Shown: piece by piece, positions 29,031 to 37,131 of the stretch
How the letters are laid out: each line of letters starts with the position of its first letter
How positions within the stretch are numbered: position 1 is the stretch's first letter
Source of the DNA: an uncultured bacterium
GTDB taxonomy: Bacteria > Oederibacteriota > PGYV01 > CAWJRG01
Length of the DNA stretch: 64,000 nt
Assembly: GCA_963845185.1 (NCBI GenBank)
Contig: CAWJRG010000010.1
Span: 389,297-453,296 of the forward strand
Direction of reading: 5' to 3'
Translations under genes and position numbers: made by a program
The notes under the pieces: generated by a model
The model's input: the letters and a program-made list of their open reading frames with translations, nothing else
Databases searched by the model: none
What the model was told of the DNA's origin: nothing

Positions 29031-29591
29031 TTATTTAGTCTTTGAAGGTCCATAATTTAGGTCTTTAAGTTTGTGTATTCTGCTTAGTTTAAATAAACGT
29101 AAAAACCAATTACATGAGTAATATTTTTTCCCCGTAGTATCTTCTGCTTTAATTACTATATCATTAAAATTATAATTTTTAAGTAAATCATATGATTTTT
29201 TATATGTTATACCGTCATTAGGTAGAATTTGACGTAATCTATCAGCTTCATCTAGAGTTATTTTAATAAACTTAATGATTTTATCTATATTAATTAATAA
29301 ATAAACATCACTTATCTTTATTGGTTTGTTTCCTTTGTTTATAACAGAAACATTAAAAAATTTTTCGATTTTCCAATCTATTTTATTTTTATCATTAGAT
29401 ATAAATTCATTATCATTAAATAGATCATCATAGCTTCCTGTCGGTTCTTCATATATTTCTGATATTTTAATCTTAACAATTATTTTATTTTCCTTAAAAT
29501 GTCTAATTTCTTGATATAATGAAATAAATAAAGCTGACGCACTGGTAAACCCTGTCCAAAAAATAGGTTGTTTTAAAAAATTAAAATTCAT
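29031..29591 (-). CDS. Hypothetical membrane-anchored protein (N-terminal TM). Last gene of the island operon.
   Basis: AT-rich; 12-nt gap to upstream gene; N-terminal hydrophobic segment FWTGFTSASALFISLY. Confidence 0.45.
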   Translation of the reverse strand: MNFNFLKQPIFWTGFTSASALFISLYQEIRHFKENKIIVKIKISEIYEEPTGSYDDLFNDNEFISNDKNKIDWKIEKFFNVSVINKGNKPIKISDVYLLINIDKIIKFIKITLDEADRLRQILPNDGITYKKSYDLLKNYNFNDIVIKAEDTTGKKYYSCNWFLRLFKLSRIHKLKDLNYGPSKTK

Positions 29592-29603
29592 TTTAACGAT
29601 TCC

Positions 29604-29870
29604 TCAACGCTTCAATAGCACAACAATTATAGCGGTTATTGCGCTTATAACTGAAGCTATTGCCGATACTAAAGTAATTATCCAAAGTTTAGATTCTCTT
29701 AATGACCTTTCAGCTTCAATTACACGTCTCTGAATTTCAGCATCATCAGCATTACACGGAATGCTTTCCTGAGAAACAGAACCCATAGTATTTACTCCTA
29801 ACTCAATTGCGCGTTTTTTTAATTCATCACCAACTAATAATTTTTTCATAATTATCTCCTTATAAATCAA
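29604..29870 (-). CDS. Small protein with C-terminal TM helix.
   Basis: 88 aa; C-terminus LWIITLVSAIASVISAITAIIVVLL. Confidence 0.4.
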   Translation of the reverse strand: MIYKEIIMKKLLVGDELKKRAIELGVNTMGSVSQESIPCNADDAEIQRRVIEAERSLRESKLWIITLVSAIASVISAITAIIVVLLKR

Positions 29871-29884
29871 AAATTCTCTTCGAT

Positions 29885-30103
29885 TCAGATTAAAAAATCA
29901 TTAAAAAAAGAAGCCGGATTTCTAACTAAAATTTTAGGATTTTGAAACATATATTTGATATCGTCTATAACTTCGTAAAGCTCGCCCAATTCATTGTTTT
30001 TATAAGCGGCAACGTATACCTTCATATAAAAAGTTTTCTCCTGGGCGTGGTGCTCGGGCCCGAACAGGGAAATGATAAAGCCTTTAAACTGGTCCACGGT
30101 CAT
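29885..30103 (-). CDS. Small hypothetical protein (72 aa).
   Basis: Tightly packed between flanking operon genes; AT-rich. Confidence 0.35.
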   Translation of the reverse strand: MTVDQFKGFIISLFGPEHHAQEKTFYMKVYVAAYKNNELGELYEVIDDIKYMFQNPKILVRNPASFFNDFLI

Positions 30104-30122
30104 TTGCGGTTTGTATCACCTA

Positions 30123-31115
30123 TTAAGTTTTTTTAGTACTTATCAGGTCCGGGTCAAAACTACTTTGTTCATTAAGTTTTTTAAAAGCTTCTACATCAAA
30201 AGTTTTTTTGGTAATACTATCAACAGTTTTGATTTCTTTTGTAGTTTGAACAGGAGCTTTTATCCACCCTTGAAATTGAGGGTTGTTTTCATATTCCTTT
30301 AATATAGTTAGTATTTTAAATTTAAGTCCATCAATATTTGAAAAATATGCACATAATTTACTATCCAAAAGTTTCTTTTTAAAGTTTTTATACAATTTTA
30401 CATTGTCTTTTTCTTCAAAATCTTTGTTTTCCGAAGTTTTTATAGCTACATACTCTTTATCCATTAATAACGTAAAAGGCTTTTTCTTTAATTTTTTTGC
30501 ATAATTATATTCTAATTCAACATAGCTTCGGCCATGTCGTTTATAAATGCTTCCATATCTTCCTCCAACAATTAACATAAATGTATCAGAATCTTGAATC
30601 CATTTCTGTATTGTTTTCCATTGTGATTCATCATTTGCTGTAAATAGTTCCATGCCGGCAGGTATATGACCCGCTTGTAAAACAGCTCCTACGGCTGCTT
30701 GTCGCTCGGCTTCCATTAATTTATAAGTAGAAGATATAAAGACTTGTATTTTTTTCTTTTGATTTTGAAGCACCCTTATTTCTTTCTTTTCTACTTGCCG
30801 GTCTATATCTAAAGGTTCTTCATTAAAATCATCTTTTGCAGATTTCAATATTTCAATGCCTTTTTTTGTATCACCAACTTTATTTTCTTTAACATTAAAA
30901 TCAAACTCTTTTAGAAAGACATTATTTGATTTAAATAGGCGCTGTAAAAATAATTTTACTTCAACTTTCCATTTACAAAAAAATACACTTTGTACTGTAT
31001 AATCATTTTTTGTTGTATCAATGCCAATTATTAAAGGTTGTTTTTTAGTTTCTAATAGCAAAATTCCGCGAGTAATAAGTGAATCAAACCTATCGTTAAT
31101 CCTATTTTTATCCAT
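30123..31115 (-). CDS. DUF4062-like domain protein with unknown N- and C-terminal regions. Candidate defence-system component.
   Basis: Central segment VFISSTYKLMEAERQAAVGAVLQAGHIPAGMELFTANDESQWKTIQKWIQDSDTFMLIVGGRYGS matches the DUF4062 signature as I recall it (VFISST..DL.eER...AGH.P..ME.F ... RYGS). 28-nt gap to the RM gene. Confidence 0.5.
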   Translation of the reverse strand: MDKNRINDRFDSLITRGILLLETKKQPLIIGIDTTKNDYTVQSVFFCKWKVEVKLFLQRLFKSNNVFLKEFDFNVKENKVGDTKKGIEILKSAKDDFNEEPLDIDRQVEKKEIRVLQNQKKKIQVFISSTYKLMEAERQAAVGAVLQAGHIPAGMELFTANDESQWKTIQKWIQDSDTFMLIVGGRYGSIYKRHGRSYVELEYNYAKKLKKKPFTLLMDKEYVAIKTSENKDFEEKDNVKLYKNFKKKLLDSKLCAYFSNIDGLKFKILTILKEYENNPQFQGWIKAPVQTTKEIKTVDSITKKTFDVEAFKKLNEQSSFDPDLISTKKT

Positions 31116-31143
31116 GTATTTTCTTTTCCTTTTCCTTTAAAAT

Positions 31144-34077
31144 TTATTCTAACGATTCCTCAACGATTTTTATTTCTTCTTTATCTGAAATTTCGTAAAG
31201 TTCATAAATTTTTCGGTCAATCTCTTTATCAACAGCTTGTATTTCATTTTCTCTATTCGATTTAGATTCATTTAATGACAATATTTTTTCTACCAAACTA
31301 ATAATTTCAACAACTAAATCTTTATTGGTATTATTTAATTTAATTATTGGTATTTGTTCAATACTTTCAGGATAAACATTTAAATTATAACCTAGAAAAT
31401 TATTAAAATAGAAGTTTATTAGTTTTGAATTAATTAATCCTAACAAGAATTTAAGTGAATATTCCCTTGAAAGTTCTATATCGTTTTTTTCAATATTTAT
31501 TTTTCTTTTACCTAAAAAAGATTTATCTTTATTTTCAATATTATATTTTAGGATTACACAACTTAATGAGTCATCTGAATAGTATTTTTTATTATCATAA
31601 ACAGCTTTAATACCTTCTACACCTGTAACTTTTGAAATAAAAATTTTTTCTGATTCAAATAATTCCTCGAAAGCTGGCCTATATAATTTTGTTTTATCAT
31701 ATAACAACCATTTATCCGCCCAATCAAGTTTATATCTACTTATATTTTTACCTTTAATCATTTTTTTACAAAAATCATTTATTTTATTATCCAAATGAAA
31801 TTGTTCTACTGGAACCCCTCGAGCTCCCCATGAAGCTATAGCTACTTTCCCCAAATTAATACTATTCTCTTTTATTTTATTAATAATACCAATTGTTTTT
31901 TTAGAAAAAGCGTCTATTCGATACATATTTTCCGGAATTTCATAGAATTCTTTTTGTTTAATTTTATCAGTTTTATTGCCGTCATATACGGAAATGATAT
32001 TGCCATTTCTTTGCGCCTGGTCAGAACACTTTTCAATTATTAAAACAATATTTTTAACAGCAACGCCTTCAAATACATTTGTTTTAAATAAATTATAAAT
32101 ATTTATTATTTTACAGTTATCTAAAATGTATTTACGTAATTTTTGGCCATAATCTTGAGTAAGAAATGGGTAAGGTATAATAAAGCCCAATAAACCGCCT
32201 TCTTTAAGTAGCAATATAGATTTTTCAATGAAAGCTATATATATATCAAATCTTTTTAGCGAAGTTTCGTAAAATTTCATATAAAAAGCAAGTTCTTCAT
32301 CTTCAAGATTTTCAACGTTAATATATGGCGGATTTCCTATAATAAAATCAAAGCCATTATCACTAAGTGCTTCACAAAAGGAAATCTCAAAATTAAAAGG
32401 TCTAATTTTTTCAATGTCTTTGAAATTTTCCTTTAACAGATTCCGGGAATTAATTTTTAATTGTTCTTCCAAAACAAGTATTTTTTTATAAAGTTTTTCC
32501 TTTACTTCATCATCTGTGGTTTTATGAAAATGTTTTTTTAATTCTAATATGTCATTTATAAGTTCTTTACTATTAGAATTGGAGCTAAGCAAAGTTGTTT
32601 CTTTAATTACTTCTTCTGAAATTAATGAATTTCCACAACGAATATTTAATTTCATATTAGGCAATAATTTTTTCCCTTTTATATTTTGATACTTAATTCC
32701 TTCTAAGGTTTTAATTACTAAATTCAGTTTTGAAATTTCAACAGCTCTTTCATCTAAATCAACGCCATAAATATTGTTTTGTAATATTTTTTTTCTTAAA
32801 TCGAAATCAAATAACAATGTTCCTCCAGCAATCCGCCTATAATGAAAGAGTAATTCTTCAAATACCTTTATAAGGAAAGAACCACTACCGCAAGCAGGGT
32901 CTAATACTTTTATCTTTTTAAGATCCTCTTCAGTCTTAATTTTTGATAGTTTGGGTCTAATGGTATTTTCAATTATGTATTGAACGATGCTTTCGGGTGT
33001 GTAATAAATACCTTGTTTTTTCTTTTTCTTTTTACCTTCTTCTTCGTCTAAAGATATACTTTTTTTACTTTTTTTAAGCAATTCACCTAAATAATTTTCG
33101 TAAACTTCACCAATGATATTTACAGATAATTTTGAGAAATTAATAGAAGCTAGTTCTCGAATTATTGGAATAATAATAGCATCGTCAAGGTCAAGTTTAG
33201 TACATTCATCTATAGCAAAAATTTCCGAATTAAAACGCTCATCCATTTCTTTAAAAACAATATTTTTTAATTCGTCATATATGTTTTTCTTTGAGTGTAA
33301 TATTGCGTGTAGTTTGTCTTGCCCAATTATTTGATTGTCGGAACAGTAATCAATAAAAATAAGCTTATCTATAATTTTTTGTACAATTAATTCAATCTGC
33401 GTGGAGTTATAATGTTTTGAATATTTTTTTAAAATATATGTGCGTAATTGTTCTCTCCAATTTTTAAGTTTTATAAAAAAATCATTCTTAATTTCTTCTT
33501 GTTCAGGATAATATACAGAATTTAAGTCCCAACGCCCTTGTTCCTTAATTAGATTTTTTTTCGTTAATTTTGATAAAAACTCAATGCCTTGAGGTGATAA
33601 TATATTGATATAATTTTTTTTATCTACCTTATCCCATAGAATTGAATGAAAAGCATATTTTGTATCATTATAAAGTCTTTTCAAATGTGTATTGAAAACA
33701 CGCCATTCAATAAAATTTGTAAGAATACCCCAGTAAATACCTTCTGCTTCACAGTAACTATAAAGTTGTTCTGCATACGTTGTATCTTGATTAGTTCCAT
33801 TAAGTTTATCACTTTTAGAAGCGTCTTTCGTTTCAATAACTTGTATAGTATTGCCTTCATCGTCTTTTAATAAAATATCCGGTCTTTTACCAGTTTTGAC
33901 TTCTTGTCCTTCATTAATGAAAATATTATTTTTTTCCCAGCCTAAAATTTTTAGTAAATCCAAAAGATAATTTGCTTGAATATTTTCTTCTGAGGATTCA
34001 ACGGCATTATTTTCTTTAAAATCATTTAATAATTTTTCAATTTTTTGTTTAGTTATTTTCAAAATTTTATTATTCAT
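31144..34077 (-). CDS. Type IIG restriction-modification enzyme: single-chain PD-ExK endonuclease plus N6-adenine gamma-class methyltransferase plus target-recognition domain (TRD).
   Basis: 977 aa. N-terminus RPDILLKDDEGNTIQVIETKD (PD...ExK). Motif I VLDPACGSGSFL. Motif IV FIIGNPPYINV. Long C-terminal TRD. About 28% GC. Confidence 0.7.
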   Translation of the reverse strand: MNNKILKITKQKIEKLLNDFKENNAVESSEENIQANYLLDLLKILGWEKNNIFINEGQEVKTGKRPDILLKDDEGNTIQVIETKDASKSDKLNGTNQDTTYAEQLYSYCEAEGIYWGILTNFIEWRVFNTHLKRLYNDTKYAFHSILWDKVDKKNYINILSPQGIEFLSKLTKKNLIKEQGRWDLNSVYYPEQEEIKNDFFIKLKNWREQLRTYILKKYSKHYNSTQIELIVQKIIDKLIFIDYCSDNQIIGQDKLHAILHSKKNIYDELKNIVFKEMDERFNSEIFAIDECTKLDLDDAIIIPIIRELASINFSKLSVNIIGEVYENYLGELLKKSKKSISLDEEEGKKKKKKQGIYYTPESIVQYIIENTIRPKLSKIKTEEDLKKIKVLDPACGSGSFLIKVFEELLFHYRRIAGGTLLFDFDLRKKILQNNIYGVDLDERAVEISKLNLVIKTLEGIKYQNIKGKKLLPNMKLNIRCGNSLISEEVIKETTLLSSNSNSKELINDILELKKHFHKTTDDEVKEKLYKKILVLEEQLKINSRNLLKENFKDIEKIRPFNFEISFCEALSDNGFDFIIGNPPYINVENLEDEELAFYMKFYETSLKRFDIYIAFIEKSILLLKEGGLLGFIIPYPFLTQDYGQKLRKYILDNCKIINIYNLFKTNVFEGVAVKNIVLIIEKCSDQAQRNGNIISVYDGNKTDKIKQKEFYEIPENMYRIDAFSKKTIGIINKIKENSINLGKVAIASWGARGVPVEQFHLDNKINDFCKKMIKGKNISRYKLDWADKWLLYDKTKLYRPAFEELFESEKIFISKVTGVEGIKAVYDNKKYYSDDSLSCVILKYNIENKDKSFLGKRKINIEKNDIELSREYSLKFLLGLINSKLINFYFNNFLGYNLNVYPESIEQIPIIKLNNTNKDLVVEIISLVEKILSLNESKSNRENEIQAVDKEIDRKIYELYEISDKEEIKIVEESLE

Positions 34078-34251
34078 TAATCCTCCTTCAAATTGTCTTA
34101 CTTTACCACTTTTCTATTATTTTCTCAATTATTTTCGAGAGGCAAATAAAAAAAAGGCTTCGAGGTGTATAAAATTATTCATCTTTGACTTGTCTTAATA
34201 TCCCTTAAATTTTTATCTTTAATTGCGACATTTATGTTATATAGGTTATAT

Positions 34252-34653
34252 TTATTTAATTTTTTTCCCAGGTCGCCATGTAGTTTCTTTAACAAGCTTG
34301 CCATGCTTCCACTTTATTAAGCTAACAATTCCGGTACTGCTATCAAAATCCAATTCCCAACCATCTTTAACACCTTCAACATACGGAACAATTTTATCTA
34401 TCAATCCGCTAAAATCTTTATGGATTTCACCTTCGGTTGTATCATCCGGATTCAATCCATCAAAAATATTCCAGAGGTCTGAATTAACTTCACTATTTTT
34501 TGTTTCACGTCGTTGTTGTTGTTTTAGTTGCTGCTGTTGCTCATTATCTTGCTGATACCCCAGCAAAAAAAGTGCAGTCGCGTCATTAGAGTAGGCAAGA
34601 TAACTTGAGGATAAAAATATAATTATCATTAATAGTTTTAAATAAATTTTCAT
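34252..34653 (-). CDS. Small secreted hypothetical protein with a poly-Gln stretch.
   Basis: Signal peptide MKIYLKLLMIIIFLSSSYLAYS; QQDNEQQQQLKQQQ. Confidence 0.4.
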   Translation of the reverse strand: MKIYLKLLMIIIFLSSSYLAYSNDATALFLLGYQQDNEQQQQLKQQQRRETKNSEVNSDLWNIFDGLNPDDTTEGEIHKDFSGLIDKIVPYVEGVKDGWELDFDSSTGIVSLIKWKHGKLVKETTWRPGKKIK

Positions 34654-34933
34654 TTTTCCCTCCTGATTAAAAATTGCATTTTATATTTATATAATATATC
34701 TGAATATGTTTTAAACCATATTCACGAAGTTATTTATCACCTCTTAATATAAAATACACCCCAAAATAAAAAAGTCAATAGGATATAATAAAAAAGGGCT
34801 CCGTGTTTGTTAGGTGTGCAAATGATATAGAGGGTATATCAAAAGGTGTGAACGGAGCCCTTTGTAATTTTCATTTGTAAACCAACTTAATATCTTTGTC
34901 AATAATAAATTCTTTACACCTTTTTTTACGGGA

Positions 34934-36823
34934 TCATTTAGACTGCTCCTGCGTAGGTTCTTCCATACCTTCGGGCGGTGCCACGGTTGACTTTAACTCT
35001 TCAATCTTCGCTTTTATCTCCTTGTCGCCCGGGTTCATTTTAGAATACTTTTCATCGAACTCTACCGCACCCGTATAATCACCCAGATTCTCTTCGCATT
35101 CTCCCATATACTTGTAAATTTCCGCCTGGTCTCCGTGTTGCTCCCTGGTTTTTTCAAGCCACATAAACGCGCTTGCGTTGTCCCCTTGTGCGAAATATTG
35201 CATTGCATTTTTCCACTCACTGCTCTCATTATACGGGCCGCGCGCTATGACAGCGGGTTTGGTTGTATTATTGTCCGCGCCGGGCGCTATGGCAATTTGC
35301 TTCTGCGCTTTCAAGGAATATGCATTATTGATGTGCATAGCATGTACTATCTTCTTCATGCCAAGCCGCAGGACAAAGGCGCCTGCTACAACAGCAACAG
35401 CCATGGCTATAAGTATTGTGTTTCGCGCGATGGCAGAGCCATTCGGAATTTGGGATTTGGCATTTAGCATTCCAGAGCTTTCAACCTCTTGAATTTCTTG
35501 AGCTTTTGAACCTTGAGCATTGAGCTCTTGAACCTTTTCTTCATCCTTTTGCGCATTTGAACTTTGATCCTGCGCTTGCTTTCTGCGGGTGTACAGGCCG
35601 TATAAAAACACGGCAACTGATTTCAATATTTTGCCGGAAAAAGTCTTTGGCGTGTGGCCCGAGGCGGCGGTCAAAATATTTTTAACAAGGTCAAGGGAAT
35701 TCAATTTGGGATTTTCAGAGTTTGGGATTTGGAATTTACTTACCATACCCTCACTTTGAACCCCTTGAGCTTTTGAACCTTGAACCTCTCCTTCCACCTC
35801 TTCCCGGAGCGCCTCAGCCTCTTGTTGCCTTTTGGCATCCTTATCCGCTTTGCCAATAGCGATATCATATATAGAGGGCAGTTCGTTCTCAAATTCGTTA
35901 GCGTCGCCGGCCTGTCCCGGCCTCTCCTTTAGTTCCAGCCTTTTTAATCCAGCCATAGCGCTGTAAAACGCCATAAGCGCCTCAGGCTCGGACAGGTTCA
36001 TTATTACCTGGTACCCATGGGGCTTCATGCGCACCTGTATGTTTTTCGGGGCCTTAGACCAACGCCCGGCGTTTGGGTCATTCGGGTCAAACCTCTGGTT
36101 CTTTGCCCCTTTAACCTTTGAGGTCTTTCCGTCAGCCGGGAATGTCTCAGGAGCATTGCCTTTATTTACCCATTCTACCAGTTTCTCTGCCTGCTTAACC
36201 GTCATTTTGCGGTCAAACACGACCTTTAAAGCCTGTTCGACTGTATCCTGGTCATTTGGTTGTCCTTTGGCAAGGGCTGTCAACATCATTACAACGGCCA
36301 CCGGCAGCTGCCAGTCTTTGGATTTTACCGAATTTCGGTAAATCATTTCCTGTGCTGATTTATTCAATATTGACAAGGCTTTTATGGCATTACTTACCTC
36401 TTGTTGGCTGAGTGCAACTCTATCAGCTATCTGTATTTGGGTCAGGTCAGGGTGTTTTTCCATGTAATCGGCAATATACCTGTACTTGTCCAGCCAGTGG
36501 TATGGCTCCCCATTATTGTTCATGAATCCCTTCAGGGAAAAGTCCTCCCTGCCACCCGTAAATACTTCAGCCTCTATCTCGGTCCAGCCAAGTTTCATGG
36601 CTGCCCGCAGGCGCCTCTCGCCCTCAAAAAGCTCGTACCCGGCAAGCTCTTTGCCGGTGCACCCCTGCGAGGCTGTGTCCTGGGCGGTCAGTTCGCGGAC
36701 TTTCACGGATTCGAGCTGGCCGTTTGCCTTCATGGACGCAGCAAGGCTGTCAATACCGTCGGGGTTGATAAAATGCCTGGGATTTTCGGGATTAAAGCGG
36801 ATTTTTGAGATTTGAATTTTCAT
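34934..36823 (-). CDS. ParB/Srx N-terminal-domain protein with internal imperfect repeats, a TM helix and a C-terminal TPR-like region.
   Basis: KIQISKIRFNPENPRHF ... YELFEGERRLRAAMKLGWTEIEAEVF (GERRxRA ParB box). TM helix NTILIAMAVAVVAGAFVLRL. Repeats KAQGVQSEGMVSKFQIPNS and KAQEIQEVESSGMLNAKSQIPNGS. Confidence 0.6.
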   Translation of the reverse strand: MKIQISKIRFNPENPRHFINPDGIDSLAASMKANGQLESVKVRELTAQDTASQGCTGKELAGYELFEGERRLRAAMKLGWTEIEAEVFTGGREDFSLKGFMNNNGEPYHWLDKYRYIADYMEKHPDLTQIQIADRVALSQQEVSNAIKALSILNKSAQEMIYRNSVKSKDWQLPVAVVMMLTALAKGQPNDQDTVEQALKVVFDRKMTVKQAEKLVEWVNKGNAPETFPADGKTSKVKGAKNQRFDPNDPNAGRWSKAPKNIQVRMKPHGYQVIMNLSEPEALMAFYSAMAGLKRLELKERPGQAGDANEFENELPSIYDIAIGKADKDAKRQQEAEALREEVEGEVQGSKAQGVQSEGMVSKFQIPNSENPKLNSLDLVKNILTAASGHTPKTFSGKILKSVAVFLYGLYTRRKQAQDQSSNAQKDEEKVQELNAQGSKAQEIQEVESSGMLNAKSQIPNGSAIARNTILIAMAVAVVAGAFVLRLGMKKIVHAMHINNAYSLKAQKQIAIAPGADNNTTKPAVIARGPYNESSEWKNAMQYFAQGDNASAFMWLEKTREQHGDQAEIYKYMGECEENLGDYTGAVEFDEKYSKMNPGDKEIKAKIEELKSTVAPPEGMEEPTQEQSK

Positions 36824-36887
36824 GTTAAAACCCTCCTTTGATTCTTTTTTTAAAATATTATCATTTTACACCTAATAAAACAGGCCG

Positions 36888-36916
36888 ATTTTAGGAAATA
36901 TAACGTGGGTTGTCAA
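36888..36916 (-). promoter_or_regulatory. Second shared promoter module (TTGACA-17-TAAAAT plus about 60 nt of upstream sequence). It is reused before the ParB-like gene, before GT4 copy 1 (40648-40725) and in weaker form before flp (28760-28790).
   Basis: 80-nt near-identical stretch ...gggttgtcaagaattatttaaa.aattgaaattaacgcttattggataaaaaattga... at 36900-36975 and 40648-40725. Confidence 0.45.
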
Positions 36917-37131
36917 GAATTATTTAAAGAATTGAAATTAACGCTTATTGGATAAAAAATTGAGTTGACAAGCTAAGACAGGTTTGTAATTTATTAAATT
37001 AATTAAAAATCGTTCTCCCCGCCTTTAAAATTCGAATACCAGGCATCATCATAATAACTAAGGCTCCCCTGTGCCGGGATATGTTCCCAGACATTTTTTA
37101 TAATGTAACCTCCTGTTTGTTGTTTTAAAAA

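Noticed and set aside
31144-34077. Possibility that the 977-aa methyltransferase is BREX PglX
   Set aside because: It has an N-terminal PD...ExK nuclease motif, and no pglZ, brxC or brxL neighbours lie within the island.
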